Positions 1-10,232 are shown, counted from the stretch's first letter. The stretch is DNA of 64,000 nucleotides from Candidatus Zipacnadum vermilionense (GCA_029821755.1 JALGSV010000002.1:180797-244796), one strand, 5' to 3'. Made by a program: numbers and translations. The notes: a model not told the origin generated them from the letters alone.

Positions 1-1370
1 TCATCGACACCCCCGGCCACAAGGCTTTCACCGCCATGCGGGCGCGAGGGGCACAGGTCACCGACATCGCCGTGCTGGTGGTGGCGGCGAACGACGGGGT
101 CATGCCCCAGACGATTGAGGCCATCGGCCACGCGCGAGCGGCCGGCGTGCCGATAATCGTGGCCGTCAACAAGATTGACCTCCCCGACGCCGATCCCACC
201 CGCGTCAAGCAGCAACTGCTGGAGCACCAAATCGTCACCGAGGAGTGGGGCGGGCAGGAGATCGTGGTAGAGATCTCGGCGCTCACTGGCGACGGGCTGG
301 ATACACTGCTCGACACCATCCTGCTGGTGGCGGAGATGGAGCAGCTCTGGGTAGAGCCCGAGGCTCCCTTCTCCGGCGTGGTCATCGAGGCGAGCGTGGA
401 CTCGGCGCAGGGGGCGCTGGCGACGGTGCTGGTGCGGAGCGGGAGTGTCAAGGTGGGCGAGGTGGTATGGGCGGGTGGCGCGTATGGGCGGGTGCGACGG
501 CTGCGGGACTGGCGAGGCCGCTCGGTCAAAGAGATGGAGGCGGGCCGGCCGGTGAGCATCGTGGGCCTGTCGGAACCGCCGGAGGCCGGAGAGATCGTGC
601 GGGCCGTGGGCACCCCCAAGGAAGCCCGGGCGCTGGCGGAGGACTATCGCGTGCAGGCGCGGCAACGCGAGTTGCGCGGGGTGGCCGAGGTGCAACTGCA
701 GGAGCTGTATCGCGGCTTGAACTTGGGCGAGACCAAGTCGCTCAACCTGGTACTCAAGGCCGACGTCTCCGGGACGCTGCAGGCGCTGGAGACCTCGCTG
801 ATGGAGCTCTCCAAGGTGCTACCGGAGGTGGAGGTTGATATTGTGGCCTCCGCGATCGGGGATGTGACCGAGTCGGACGTGGTGCTGGCGGTGGCCTCGG
901 GGGCCATCGTGATTGGCTACAACGTGCTGGCCGAAGATCATGTGCTGCGGGTAGCAGCGGATGATAGGGTCGAGGTGCGCATCTACAACGTCATCTACCA
1001 GATTCTCGAGGACATCGAGAAGGCGGCGATGGGGATGCTGGAGCCGATCTACGAGGAGCAATTCATCGGTCGGGCGATGGTGCTACAGCTCTTCCGCATC
1101 TCACGGCTGGGCGTGATCGCCGGGTCGCGGGTGACGGACGGGAAGATGCAGCGGGGGGCGCGGATCGAGGTGAAGCGGGGCGACGAGGTGGTTTACGACG
1201 GGAAGCTGACCTCGCTGCGGCACATCAAGGACGACGTGCCCACGGTGGAAGCGCCCAACGAGTGCGGGCTGCTGGTCTCCGACTGGCGCGGCTGGCAGGA
1301 GAGCGACACCGTGGAGGCGTACGCGCAAGTCGAGGTGGAGCGCAAGCCGGTGGCGGTGGCGGCAGAGTAG
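1..1370 (+). CDS. infB: Translation initiation factor IF-2, 5'-truncated by window edge (frame starts at nt 3)
   Basis: [25 protein letters not shown]4 motif, [17 protein letters not shown]...ECG C-terminal motifs. Confidence 0.98.
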   Translation, partial: IDTPGHKAFTAMRARGAQVTDIAVLVVAANDGVMPQTIEAIGHARAAGVPIIVAVNKIDLPDADPTRVKQQLLEHQIVTEEWGGQEIVVEISALTGDGLDTLLDTILLVAEMEQLWVEPEAPFSGVVIEASVDSAQGALATVLVRSGSVKVGEVVWAGGAYGRVRRLRDWRGRSVKEMEAGRPVSIVGLSEPPEAGEIVRAVGTPKEARALAEDYRVQARQRELRGVAEVQLQELYRGLNLGETKSLNLVLKADVSGTLQALETSLMELSKVLPEVEVDIVASAIGDVTESDVVLAVASGAIVIGYNVLAEDHVLRVAADDRVEVRIYNVIYQILEDIEKAAMGMLEPIYEEQFIGRAMVLQLFRISRLGVIAGSRVTDGKMQRGARIEVKRGDEVVYDGKLTSLRHIKDDVPTVEAPNECGLLVSDWRGWQESDTVEAYAQVEVERKPVAVAAE

Positions 1371-1516
1371 CCATCCCCGGGGACTGACGCCGAGCGCGGC
1401 GGGGCGCACGGTCGCCGTCCCCGCCAAATGCAACCCATCCGATTCCCACCTATCGACGGGGCAGGCATAGCTCGCGCAGAGGTGAGGCGGGCTTGTCCCC
1501 TACCCCACCTCCGCCT

Positions 1517-1804
1517 ATGTCTGTACACGTAGGCCTGCTCACTATTGATGTGCGGATTCCCGAAGCACGCACCCTCAAGGATAAGCGTCAGGTGCTGCAA
1601 AGCCTCCTGGACCGGGTAGGGATGCGCTTCAACGTGTCGGCAGCCGAGGTGGCTTACAACGACGAGCATACCCGCGCGCAGATTGCCGTGGCCTGTGTAG
1701 GCAACTCGGCCGCGCACTGCGGTGAGGTGCTGGATAGGGCGCTCGGGCTGATCGATGCGGAGGGACGGGCGGAAGTGGTGGTGGTGGAGAGGGAAGAGTT
1801 GTAG
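1517..1804 (+). CDS. DUF503 (YlxP-like) protein
   Basis: TLKDKRQVLQSL..R..FNVSAAEV motif; usual position between infB and rbfA; ATG at 1517. Confidence 0.85.
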   Translation: MSVHVGLLTIDVRIPEARTLKDKRQVLQSLLDRVGMRFNVSAAEVAYNDEHTRAQIAVACVGNSAAHCGEVLDRALGLIDAEGRAEVVVVEREEL

Positions 1805-1923
1805 GAGGCGGACGGGACACCGGTCTCCAGACCGGTGCCGGGGCCGGGAACACTGCGGCAGAGAACGCCCAGGGGTCCCACGCACGTCCAAGACTGCCTG
1901 CCGCCTCTACGAGAGAGATCGTC

Positions 1924-2331
1924 ATGCCCACCCAGCGCCAGGAACGCGTTAACTCGTTGCTGCAGGAAGAAATCAGCCGAATTCTCGTGCGGGAGTTGCA
2001 GGACGAGATTCTGAGCCTGGTCACCATCACGGGCGTGCAGGTCTCGCCGGACTTGCACCAGGCGCGGGTGTATGCGAGCGTGCTGGGGGACGACGAGCAG
2101 GTGCACGAGGCCATGAAGGTCCTGCTTAAGCGGCGCAAGGAGATTCAGCGCTACCTGGCAGAGAGCGTGGAACTGCGCTACCTACCGCGACTGAGCTTCA
2201 TCGCAGACCGCACCGCGTTGGGGGCGCAACGGATCGAGGTACTGCTCAGCAAGATCGCCGAGGAGCCGCCCCTGCCTCCCCTGCCCGAAGAGGAAGCAAC
2301 CGATATTGACTGGGACGACGACGAGGACTGA
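1924..2331 (+). CDS. rbfA: Ribosome-binding factor A
   Basis: RQERVNSLLQEEIS, VTITGVQVSPDL..ARVY, LRYLPRLSF. Confidence 0.97.
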   Translation: MPTQRQERVNSLLQEEISRILVRELQDEILSLVTITGVQVSPDLHQARVYASVLGDDEQVHEAMKVLLKRRKEIQRYLAESVELRYLPRLSFIADRTALGAQRIEVLLSKIAEEPPLPPLPEEEATDIDWDDDED

Positions 2332-2335
2332 CCTT

Positions 2336-3298
2336 ATGCCTGCCGACCCTCGTCCTGTCGTGGAACTGCTGGCCGGCTCCCCCGAGATTCTCCTTACCAC
2401 CCACGAGAAGCCTGACCCCGATGCTATTGGTTCCCTGCTGGCACTAGCCCTAGCGCTAGAGGCACTGGGTAAGAAGGTGCAGGCGGCCTGCGCCGACCCC
2501 GTTCCGCAGCGGGTTAGCTTCCTCCCCACCTCCGACCGCGTGACCTGCCAGCCGCGGCCCGCTGCGGTGGGCGTAATTGTGGACGCCGGGGAGCCCTCCC
2601 GACTGGGGGCGCTGAAGGAGGCGCTGATGCAGTGCCCCCGAATCGCCGTGATTGACCACCACCCCAAGCCGCGTTATACCGGGGACGCAGAGTATCTGGA
2701 CGATACCGCGGCGGCCGCCGCCCTGTTGGTGCGGGACGTCATCCGAGAGTTAGGCGCTAAGCTGACCGCGGAGATGGCCACGTGTCTGTTCTGCGGTTTG
2801 AACGGGGACACCGGAAACTTCGCCTATCAGAACACCGACGAGCAGGCCTTGCGGACGGCGGCGGACCTGGTGGCGGCGGGGGCCAATCCGTACGAGATTA
2901 ACCAGCACTCCGCAGCGCAGTTCTCGCTGCCCGCGATGCACCTGCAGGGACGCGGACTGGGGGCGACGCGGACGCGGTCCGAAGGGCGGCTGGTGTACTC
3001 GGTCCTGCGCGACAGCGACTTCCACGAAACCGGAGCGCTGGAGGAGGATACCGAGGGGATCGTGGACCTGCTTAAGGGGGTGGCGGGGGGCGAGGTGTAC
3101 GTGCTGTTTAAGCAGGCCGGGGAAGGCAAGTGGCGGGTGAGCTTCCGCTCGAAGCGACTGCCGGTGGGAGAGGTGGCGCGGGAGCTGGGCGGGGGCGGAC
3201 ATGCGGTGGCCGCCGGGTGCGAACTATTCGGCAGCGAGGAGAGCGTCAGGGAGCGGGTGCTGGAGCGGCTAGAGGAGCTACTGCGGGAGGGGCGCTGA
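2336..3298 (+). CDS. nrnA: DHH/DHHA1 phosphoesterase (NrnA-type oligoribonuclease/PAP phosphatase)
   Basis: THEKPDPDAIGS, DHH, DTGNF, GGGGH motifs; synteny rbfA-nrnA-truB. Confidence 0.9.
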   Translation: MPADPRPVVELLAGSPEILLTTHEKPDPDAIGSLLALALALEALGKKVQAACADPVPQRVSFLPTSDRVTCQPRPAAVGVIVDAGEPSRLGALKEALMQCPRIAVIDHHPKPRYTGDAEYLDDTAAAAALLVRDVIRELGAKLTAEMATCLFCGLNGDTGNFAYQNTDEQALRTAADLVAAGANPYEINQHSAAQFSLPAMHLQGRGLGATRTRSEGRLVYSVLRDSDFHETGALEEDTEGIVDLLKGVAGGEVYVLFKQAGEGKWRVSFRSKRLPVGEVARELGGGGHAVAAGCELFGSEESVRERVLERLEELLREGR

Positions 3299-3300
3299 GC

Positions 3301-4194
3301 ATGGACGGCGCGCTGCTGGTGGTCAAGCCGCCAGGGATGACCTCGCACGATGTGGTGGACTTCTTCCGCCGACTGACCGGAGTCAAGGCGGGGCATACCG
3401 GGACGCTGGATACGGCGGCGGCGGGGCTGCTGGTGCTGTGCGTGGGGCGGGCGACGCGGCTGGCGCAGTATCTGGTGGGCTGTGACAAGACTTACTGGGC
3501 CGAGGTAGCTTTCGGGCTGGGGACGGACAGCGGGGATGCGGAGGGGAGGATCGTGGCCCGGGGGAGCGCCGCAGGGCTGACGGAAGAGGCAGTGGCGGCG
3601 GCGATGGGGAGGCTGACGGGGAGACTGACGCTGCAGGTACCGCGGTATTCTGCGATCAAGTCCGGGGGCCGCCCGCTATACCGCAAGGCCCGTCGGGGCG
3701 AGGCGGTGGAGGCGCCGGAGCGGGAGATGCGGGTGGACCGGTGGGAGCTACGGGAGTTCCAGCCGGGCGCGGAGGCGGTAGCGCGGACCGAAATGGACTG
3801 CGCCAGCGGAACCTATGTGCGAAGCCTGGTGACGGCGCTGGCCGAGGCGCTGGAGGTGCCGGCCTACCTGTCGTTCCTGGTGCGAACGCGGGTGGGGAGG
3901 CTGCGACTCAGCGAGGCATGGTCGCTGGAGGGAATAGAACGGGCGGAGTCGGACGGGAGTCTGCAAGACCTGGTCCTGGCGCCCGCGGAGGCGTTGGAAC
4001 ATCTACCGGCGGTGAGGCTGGGGGAGGAAGAGGCGCGGAAGGTGGCGCAGGGGAGGACGGTGGACTTGGTGGAGGGCCGGTCGGAGGGGGCGGTGCGGCT
4101 GCTGGATGCGAGAGGGGCGCTGCTGGCGGTGGGACGGGTGGCGGAAGGGGAGGGGGTGATCCGGCCGGAGACGGTGCTTGCCTCCGAGCGGTGA
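3301..4194 (+). CDS. truB: tRNA pseudouridine(55) synthase
   Basis: KPPGMTSHDVV, GHTGTLD, VPRYSAIK, SGTYVRSL; ATG at 3301. Confidence 0.97.
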   Translation: MDGALLVVKPPGMTSHDVVDFFRRLTGVKAGHTGTLDTAAAGLLVLCVGRATRLAQYLVGCDKTYWAEVAFGLGTDSGDAEGRIVARGSAAGLTEEAVAAAMGRLTGRLTLQVPRYSAIKSGGRPLYRKARRGEAVEAPEREMRVDRWELREFQPGAEAVARTEMDCASGTYVRSLVTALAEALEVPAYLSFLVRTRVGRLRLSEAWSLEGIERAESDGSLQDLVLAPAEALEHLPAVRLGEEEARKVAQGRTVDLVEGRSEGAVRLLDARGALLAVGRVAEGEGVIRPETVLASER

Positions 4195-4228
4195 GGGCAG
4201 AACGCCCTCGCTAAGGACCCAAGGGTTC

Positions 4229-5179
4229 ATGAACTACTACGTCGGCCTGGAGAACGTGCCGCGGTCGGGACGGTCGCGGGCGGTTACGCTGGGGGCCTTT
4301 GACGGCGTACACCGCGGTCACCGTGCGTTGCTGGAGGTGGCGCGGGAGACCGCGCGCATGACCGGAGCGGAGACTTGCGTGCTGACCTTTGAGCCCACGC
4401 CGGTGGAGGTGTTCGGGCGGCTGGGGCGACCGGACGTACGGCTGACCCTGCCGGAGGAACGGCGGGCTCTCCTGGAGGCAGCAGGGGTGGATACGGTCAT
4501 CGTGGCCGCCTTTGATGAAGCGCTGCGCCAGATGCCGCCGGAGGAGTTTATGCGTAACCTCCTGGTCGACACGATCGGGGCGACCTCCGCGGTGGTCAGC
4601 GAGACGCATACCTTCGGGCGGGGCGGGCGGGGGAATATGAGTGACCTGATGCGCCTGGGGTGCGACCTGGGGTTTGCGGTGCGGGTGCTGCCGCTGGTCA
4701 GTCTGGACAGCGGGATCGTCTCCTCCACGCGGATCAGGGAGGCGCTGTGGGCGGGGCGGGGGGAGGAAGCCGGCGACCTGCTGGGGCGGGCGTACTCCTG
4801 CACCGGGCCGGTGGTGTCAGGCGAGGGGCGGGGGAGGAAGCTGAGTTTCCCCACGGCCAACGTGCAGGTCGCGGTGCCCAAGCTCGTGCCGGGTGAGGGG
4901 GTCTACGCCGGGAGGGCGGCCGTGGAGGGAGTGGCGCAGTCCTGGCCTGCGGCGGTAGTCGTCGGCCGCTCCCCCACCTTCCGAAATGACGGCGACCAGC
5001 GCAGGATTGAGGCGCACCTGCTGGGCTTCAGCGGGGACCTCCTGGGACAGCGGCTGACGGTGACCTTTGAGCGGTTCCTGCGGCCCCAACAGAGGTTTGC
5101 CGGGGAGGCGGAGTTGGGGGCGCAGATCGGGAGGGATGTGGAGGAGGTGGCGGGCAAGGGGCGTCACCGCCAACCGTAG
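4229..5179 (+). CDS. ribF: Bifunctional riboflavin kinase/FAD synthetase
   Basis: GAFDGVHRGH, SSTRIR, GRKLSFPTAN, EAHLL. Confidence 0.96.
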   Translation: MNYYVGLENVPRSGRSRAVTLGAFDGVHRGHRALLEVARETARMTGAETCVLTFEPTPVEVFGRLGRPDVRLTLPEERRALLEAAGVDTVIVAAFDEALRQMPPEEFMRNLLVDTIGATSAVVSETHTFGRGGRGNMSDLMRLGCDLGFAVRVLPLVSLDSGIVSSTRIREALWAGRGEEAGDLLGRAYSCTGPVVSGEGRGRKLSFPTANVQVAVPKLVPGEGVYAGRAAVEGVAQSWPAAVVVGRSPTFRNDGDQRRIEAHLLGFSGDLLGQRLTVTFERFLRPQQRFAGEAELGAQIGRDVEEVAGKGRHRQP

Positions 5180-5187
5180 GAGGGGAG

Positions 5188-5239
5188 CGGGCCGGATTCG
5201 CGGCGCACTTCGGGCGCAGCTTTCGCGACCCCTCCTGGG
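5188..5239 (+). repeat. Copy of a ~50-nt structured dispersed repeat (family A)
   Basis: cgggccggattcgcggcgcacttcgggcgcagctttcgcgacccctcctggg; related copies at 35978-36026, 55937-55988 (inverted), 56003-56045. Confidence 0.8.
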
Positions 5240-5262
5240 CCCATGGGTGGCCGCTGAAATCG

Positions 5263-5291
5263 TTGACAAGGGCCCCGGCCTGCCGTATACT
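5263..5291 (+). promoter_or_regulatory. Sigma70-type promoter for the ffh operon
   Basis: TTGACA (5263-5268), 17-bp spacer, TATACT (5286-5291). Confidence 0.85.
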
Positions 5292-5320
5292 AACTATCTG
5301 TCGTAACAAGCCCACCCGAA

Positions 5321-5379
5321 GCCGGCGTAGGGCAGGCGTATCACAGGGCTGGCGGATTTGACGCCGGCTCTTTTGTTGG
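5321..5379 (+). terminator. Terminator-like hairpin in the ffh 5' leader (candidate attenuator)
   Basis: GCCGGCGT (5321-5328) pairs with ACGCCGGC (5361-5368), followed by TCTTTTGTT; the loop is unusually large. Confidence 0.5.
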
Positions 5380-5436
5380 TGCGTGCGGGTCAAGCTATCT
5401 TCGGACGCAGGCGGGGAAGCCGGCGCTACCCAGACG

Positions 5437-6771
5437 ATGTTCGAGGCTCTAACTGAGAAACTACAGGGCGCTTTTAAGCGACTGAGCGCGCGGGGGAAGC
5501 TGGGGCCTAAGGAGATTCGCGAGGGCCTCAAGGAAATCCGCGTAGCTTTGCTGGAGGCCGACGTCGCCTATGACGTCGTCAAGGGTTTCATCAACCGCGT
5601 CCAGCAGGAAGCGCTGGGCGAGGATATTCTCAAGGGGCTCAACCCCACCCAGCAGATCGTCAAGATCGTCCACGCTCACCTGGTGGAGTTGCTGGGGGAG
5701 CAGGCGGTGAAGATCAAGCTGGCCTCCGAGCCGCCTACGGCGATCGTACTGGCGGGCTTGCAGGGGTCCGGTAAGACTACCACCGCCGGGAAGCTGGCGG
5801 TGCGGCTGCAGCGGGAGGGGCATCGGCCGCTGCTGGTAGCGACCGACGTCTACCGGCCCGCGGCCATTGATCAATTGCAGCAGATCGGGGCGCAGATTGC
5901 TGTGCCGGTCTTCTCCCTGGGCGACCAGAAGAGCCCGGTGGATATCGCCAAGGCGGCCCTCAAGCACGCCAAGGCCAATGGGCTGGATATCGCGATCATT
6001 GACACGGCGGGGCGGCTGCACCTGGACGAAGCGATGATGGCGGAGGTGCAGCAGATCGAGACGGCCCTGGGGCAGCCCGAGACGCTGCTGGTCATCGACT
6101 CGATGACCGGACAGGACGCAGTAAACGTGGCCCGGGAGTTCGGGCAGCGGCTGCACTTGGACGGGCTGATCCTGACCAAGCTGGACAGCGATGCCCGGGG
6201 CGGAGCGGCGCTGTCGGCGCGGGCGGTCAGCGGGTTACCGATCAAGTTCGTCGGCACCAGCGAACGCCCCGATGGTCTGGATGTCTTCTACCCGGACCGG
6301 ATGGCGCAGCGCATCCTGGGGATGGGCGACGTGTTGAGCCTGGTGGAGAAGGCCCAGGAGTCGATCAGCGCCGACGAAGCCGCCCAGTTGCAGCAGAAGC
6401 TGCTAAGCAAGAAGTTTAGCCTGGAGGATTTCCGCGACCAACTGCAGCGGGTGCGGGGGATGGGGCCGCTGGATCAGCTCCTGAAGATGGTTCCGGGTAT
6501 GGGGTCGATGGCGGGGGTGGGCGATATGGCGCTGGAGGAGAAGGAGTTGGACCGCGTGGATGCGGTGGTCAACTCTATGACGCCGGTCGAGCGCAAGAAC
6601 CCGGATATCCTCAACGCCAGCCGCAAGCGGCGGATCGCCCGAGGGTCGGGGCTGCAGGTGCAGGACGTTAATATCGTCCTGAAGGAGTTCCGCCAGTTGG
6701 CGCAGCTTATGGAGTCGATGGGGTCGGGGAAGCCAATGCAGATTGGCGGAATGAAACTGGGGCCGCGGTAA
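5437..6771 (+). CDS. ffh: Signal recognition particle protein
   Basis: GLQGSGKTTT, DTAGR, TKLD, M domain ASRKRRIARGSG; ATG at 5437. Confidence 0.98.
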   Translation: MFEALTEKLQGAFKRLSARGKLGPKEIREGLKEIRVALLEADVAYDVVKGFINRVQQEALGEDILKGLNPTQQIVKIVHAHLVELLGEQAVKIKLASEPPTAIVLAGLQGSGKTTTAGKLAVRLQREGHRPLLVATDVYRPAAIDQLQQIGAQIAVPVFSLGDQKSPVDIAKAALKHAKANGLDIAIIDTAGRLHLDEAMMAEVQQIETALGQPETLLVIDSMTGQDAVNVAREFGQRLHLDGLILTKLDSDARGGAALSARAVSGLPIKFVGTSERPDGLDVFYPDRMAQRILGMGDVLSLVEKAQESISADEAAQLQQKLLSKKFSLEDFRDQLQRVRGMGPLDQLLKMVPGMGSMAGVGDMALEEKELDRVDAVVNSMTPVERKNPDILNASRKRRIARGSGLQVQDVNIVLKEFRQLAQLMESMGSGKPMQIGGMKLGPR

Positions 6772-6886
6772 CAGCCGCGTGCGGCGGGCCTCCAAGCCCG
6801 CCGTGCCTGACGCGCGGGAGCGCGGGCGAGAGAATAGAGTGACCCACCGCCGGCGACTCGCCGGCTTTGAAAGGAGCAGGACAGTC

Positions 6887-7195
6887 TTGGCTACCAAGAT
6901 TAGACTCAAGCGCTGTGGCGCGAAGAACCAGGCGCATTACCGCGTGGTCGTGATGGATGCGGCCGCCCCCCGTGACGGGCGCGCCATCGAGGAGATCGGC
7001 TACCACAACCCGCTGAGCGATCCGACGACGACGGTGATCAAGGAGGACCGCGCGCTGCACTGGCTGCTGGTGGGCGCCCAGCCCTCCGACACCGTGGCCG
7101 ATTTGCTGCGCAAGCAGGGGATCATGGAGCAACTGCGGGTCGCCCGCGGCGGCGAGCCAGCGGCGAGCGAGGCCCCGGCCGAGTCTGCCGAGTAA
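6887..7195 (+). CDS. rpsP: 30S ribosomal protein S16
   Basis: KIRLKRCGAK..YRVVV.D...RDGR.IEEIGYHNP; TTG start after AAGGAG. Confidence 0.97.
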   Translation: MATKIRLKRCGAKNQAHYRVVVMDAAAPRDGRAIEEIGYHNPLSDPTTTVIKEDRALHWLLVGAQPSDTVADLLRKQGIMEQLRVARGGEPAASEAPAESAE

Positions 7196-7208
7196 GGAGG
7201 GCAGAGCC

Positions 7209-7439
7209 ATGGAAGAATTCGTGCGATACCTGGTCAGCCTGCTGGTGGAGGAGCCGGACAAGATCGAGATCCGGCCCCGCACCGCCGGGCAGACGAAGGT
7301 ATATCAAGTGTTCGTGGCCCAGAGGGACCTGGGCAAGGTCATCGGCCGGCGCGGCCGAACCGCCGGTGCCCTGCGCCTGGTGGTCGAGGCCGCCAGCCGT
7401 AAGTTCGATGAACGGGCGACAGTAGACATCATTTCGTAG
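7209..7439 (+). CDS. khpA: KH-domain RNA-binding protein (KhpA/YlqC)
   Basis: DLGKVIGRRGRTA GxxG motif; follows rpsP. Confidence 0.92.
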   Translation: MEEFVRYLVSLLVEEPDKIEIRPRTAGQTKVYQVFVAQRDLGKVIGRRGRTAGALRLVVEAASRKFDERATVDIIS

Positions 7440-7548
7440 GGGCGCTTTGCCTGCCCCGCGTGCAGTGGGCTTTGCCGCTCGCTGTCCGAGCTTTGTCATG
7501 CCGGGGAGCGCGGGCAAAGGCGTTCCCAGCCTTAGGAGGCTAGACCAC

Positions 7549-8046
7549 ATGGGCGTTATCATCAAGCGCAACGTGATCATGCGTGCTATCGTTACTCCGA
7601 CGCTGCGCCAGGATATTCTGGCGGAGTTGGAACACGCCATCGAGGACGTGGAAGCGCGCCTGCAGCAGATTGATTTTCAGACCAAGCCGTACCTGACCGA
7701 ACTGCAGCGCACCAATCTGCAGCAGGCTATCCAGATGCGCAAGCAGATCGAGGCCGAGAAGCAAAAGCATGAGGACCTGCGGACCACTCTCGCGGAGCGC
7801 AAGACCCAGGTCAGCGCGCTGCAAGACGGCGACGAGATCATCCGGGGGACGCTGGAGTCGTGGGTGGAGATCGACAAGGGTGACGACCTGAGCGAGGTCC
7901 TGGCCGGGACCGCGCTGGTGGTCAAGGATGACAAGGTCGTGGAGATCCGTAAGCAAACACCGCTGGAGTTGTCCGAGATGGAGGCCCTGTCGCTCAACGA
8001 GCAGCCGCAGGCCCCGGAGCGGCCGAGCATTATTACGGATATCTAG
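7549..8046 (+). CDS. YlqD-family coiled-coil protein
   Basis: IIKRNV.MRAIVT..., GTLESWVEI..GD..., VVKDDKVVEIR; position between khpA and rimM. Confidence 0.75.
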   Translation: MGVIIKRNVIMRAIVTPTLRQDILAELEHAIEDVEARLQQIDFQTKPYLTELQRTNLQQAIQMRKQIEAEKQKHEDLRTTLAERKTQVSALQDGDEIIRGTLESWVEIDKGDDLSEVLAGTALVVKDDKVVEIRKQTPLELSEMEALSLNEQPQAPERPSIITDI

Positions 8047-8061
8047 ACCCGCTTCCCCGTT

Positions 8062-8087
8062 ACGCGGGCTTTCCGGCCCGCGTTTCT
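8062..8087 (+). terminator. GC-rich hairpin after ylqD (weak terminator or REP-like palindrome)
   Basis: ACGCGGGC-TTTCCG-GCCCGCGT followed by TTCT. Confidence 0.45.
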
Positions 8088-8125
8088 CGTGAGCATTTGT
8101 TGCGAATTGGGCGGGCTGCGAGTCG

Positions 8126-8689
8126 ATGATTCGCTTAAAGCCCGCCTCACGCGGGAGGGATCCTGTGGACAGCGCTCCCGACTCCGAGGCCTATGACGTG
8201 CTGATCGGTATGATCGTCGGCGCGCATGCGCTGCGCGGAGAGGTGCGGGTGGCGCCGGAGACGGATTTCCCAGAGCGATTTGCGCGGCTGGAGATGATCT
8301 CGGTCGCGCCTAAGGGCGCGGCGGCGCGGCTGATGAAGCCAGTGGCGGCCCGGGCGCACACGGGCAAAAGCTTGGTGCTGTTGCGGCTGGAGGGCGTCGA
8401 AGACCGCGACACGGCCGAGGCCCTGCGCGGGGCGACGATGCACGTCCGCGAGAGCGACCTGACTCCGCTGCCCGAGGGGCGGTACTACGAGTTCCAGGTT
8501 TTGGGGCTTACAGTGGTCACGGAGGAGGGGCGAGACCTGGGGGAGATCGTAGACATCATCCACACCGGAGCCAACGATGTCTACGAGACGCCGGTGGCGA
8601 TGATTCCGGCCATCGCGCAGATTGTACGCGAGGTGGACCTAGAAGGCGGGCGGATGGTGGTGCGCTGGGTGGAAGGGCTGGAGAAGTAG
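8126..8689 (+). CDS. rimM: 16S rRNA processing protein RimM (start may be slightly downstream)
   Basis: IVGAHALRGEVRV, GVEDRDTAEALRG, HTGANDVY. Confidence 0.95.
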   Translation: MIRLKPASRGRDPVDSAPDSEAYDVLIGMIVGAHALRGEVRVAPETDFPERFARLEMISVAPKGAAARLMKPVAARAHTGKSLVLLRLEGVEDRDTAEALRGATMHVRESDLTPLPEGRYYEFQVLGLTVVTEEGRDLGEIVDIIHTGANDVYETPVAMIPAIAQIVREVDLEGGRMVVRWVEGLEK

Positions 8690-8691
8690 GA

Positions 8692-8758
8692 GGACAGGCT
8701 TGCCAGCCTGTCCCGGCCACTGGACACACACCGGCACAGGCTGAAAAGCTTGTGCTAC
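8692..8758. repeat. Pair of GTAG/CTAC-type REP-like palindromes between rimM and trmD
   Basis: GGACAGGC-ttgcca-GCCTGTCC and GCACAGGCtgaaaAGCTTGTGCTAC. Confidence 0.65.
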
Positions 8759-8762
8759 CACT

Positions 8763-9512
8763 ATGCGTTTTGACGTGGTGACCATCTTTCCGGAGTACTT
8801 TGCCTCGCCCCTGGAGTGCAGCATTCTGGGGCGGGCGCTGGAGGGCGGGATTGTCGAGGTGGGGCTGCACAACCTGCGGGACTACACCACCGACAAGCAC
8901 AAGGTGGTGGACGACTACCCCTACGGCGGGGGTGGGGGAATGGTGATGAAGCCAGGGCCGCTGTTTGCCGCGGTGGAGGCTCTGCAGGAGCAGGAACCGC
9001 GGGGGCATGTGGTGCTGCTGAGCCCACAGGGGAGGACGTTCAGCCAGAGCCGGGCCGGGGACCTGGCCGCGCGGGAGCGCGTGATCCTAATCTGCGGCCA
9101 CTACGAGGGCGTGGATGAGCGGGTGCGGGAGACGCTGGTGGACGAGCAGATCTCCATCGGGGACTACGTCCTGACCGGTGGAGAGCCGGCGGCGCTGGCG
9201 ATCATCGACGCGGTGACTCGGCTGCTACCGGGGGCGCTGGGGGATGAGCAGGCGCCGGATAACGATTCGTTCGCGGAAGGCTTGCTGGAGTACCCGCACT
9301 ACACGCGGCCCGCGGAGTTCCGGGGGTTGGCGGTGCCAGGGATGCTGCTGAGCGGGCATCATGAGCAAATTCGCCGTTGGCGGCGCAAGGAATCGCTGCG
9401 CCGGACCAAGACGCACCGTCCGGACCTGTTGGAACGCGCGCCGCTGACGCCAGAGGACCTTGAACTATTGGAGGAGATCGCGGAGGAGGAAGAAGTCGGG
9501 ATTGATGAATGA
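8763..9512 (+). CDS. trmD: tRNA (guanine-N1)-methyltransferase
   Basis: [43 protein letters not shown]. Confidence 0.98.
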   Translation: MRFDVVTIFPEYFASPLECSILGRALEGGIVEVGLHNLRDYTTDKHKVVDDYPYGGGGGMVMKPGPLFAAVEALQEQEPRGHVVLLSPQGRTFSQSRAGDLAARERVILICGHYEGVDERVRETLVDEQISIGDYVLTGGEPAALAIIDAVTRLLPGALGDEQAPDNDSFAEGLLEYPHYTRPAEFRGLAVPGMLLSGHHEQIRRWRRKESLRRTKTHRPDLLERAPLTPEDLELLEEIAEEEEVGIDE

Positions 9513-9639
9513 GGATCGATAGGTGATAAACGGGTGCCGCGGGGCCGGTTGGTCACCAGCACAGCTTTCCCCTTATCGATTGTCAATTATCGACCATCAG
9601 TTTCTCTCCCCTCCCGACCCCCTCTTAGGAGGACGACCG

Positions 9640-10107
9640 ATGAACCGCATTATCGAGCAGCTGGAAGCTGAACAGATGAAAGAGGACCTGCCTCTAATCG
9701 AGGCGGGCGATACCATACGGGTGCACCAGCGCATTACCGAGGGCGAGGGTAAGGACCGGCGGACGCGCGTGCAGGTCTTCGAGGGCGTCGTCATCGGCAT
9801 CCGCGGTCAGGGGATTAACCGGATGGTGACCGTGCGCCGCGTGACCTACGGGATCGGCGTGGAGCGGATCTTCCCGCTGCATGCGCCGAACCTGGAGAAG
9901 TTCGAGGTAACTCGCAAGGGCGACGTGCGGCGAGCCAAGCTGTACTACCTACGGGATCGCGTAGGCAAGGCGGCGCGCGTCAAGGAGCGCGCCCGGGCCC
10001 CGCGGCCCAAGGTGACGGAGGAGGCGGCCGCTGCTGCTCCCGCGCCCGTGGCCGAGCCGGCGGCCGTGGAGCCGGTGGTGGCGGAGGCCAATAAGGCGGA
10101 GGAATAG
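9640..10107 (+). CDS. rplS: 50S ribosomal protein L19
   Basis: [31 protein letters not shown]; ATG at 9640 after AGGAGG. Confidence 0.98.
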   Translation: MNRIIEQLEAEQMKEDLPLIEAGDTIRVHQRITEGEGKDRRTRVQVFEGVVIGIRGQGINRMVTVRRVTYGIGVERIFPLHAPNLEKFEVTRKGDVRRAKLYYLRDRVGKAARVKERARAPRPKVTEEAAAAAPAPVAEPAAVEPVVAEANKAEE

Positions 10108-10232
10108 GGATGGCCTGACCGGCCCCACCGTGAAGCCGGCCCCGGCCTCGCACCGCCGCTAGCCGAGAAGGCTAGCCGGCGAAGCGTGCGGGTGCAGGTG
10201 AGCAGGCGTTTGAAGGGAAGCGTCTAAGAGCC

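Noticed and set aside
3-38. IF-2 G3 region DTPGHKAF instead of HEAF/HAAF
   Set aside because: Position after the His is already variable among IF-2s; not informative.
5298-5380. SRP (4.5S) RNA gene next to ffh
   Set aside because: Lacks the conserved domain IV CAGG-GNRA-AGCA motif; kept only as a candidate leader.
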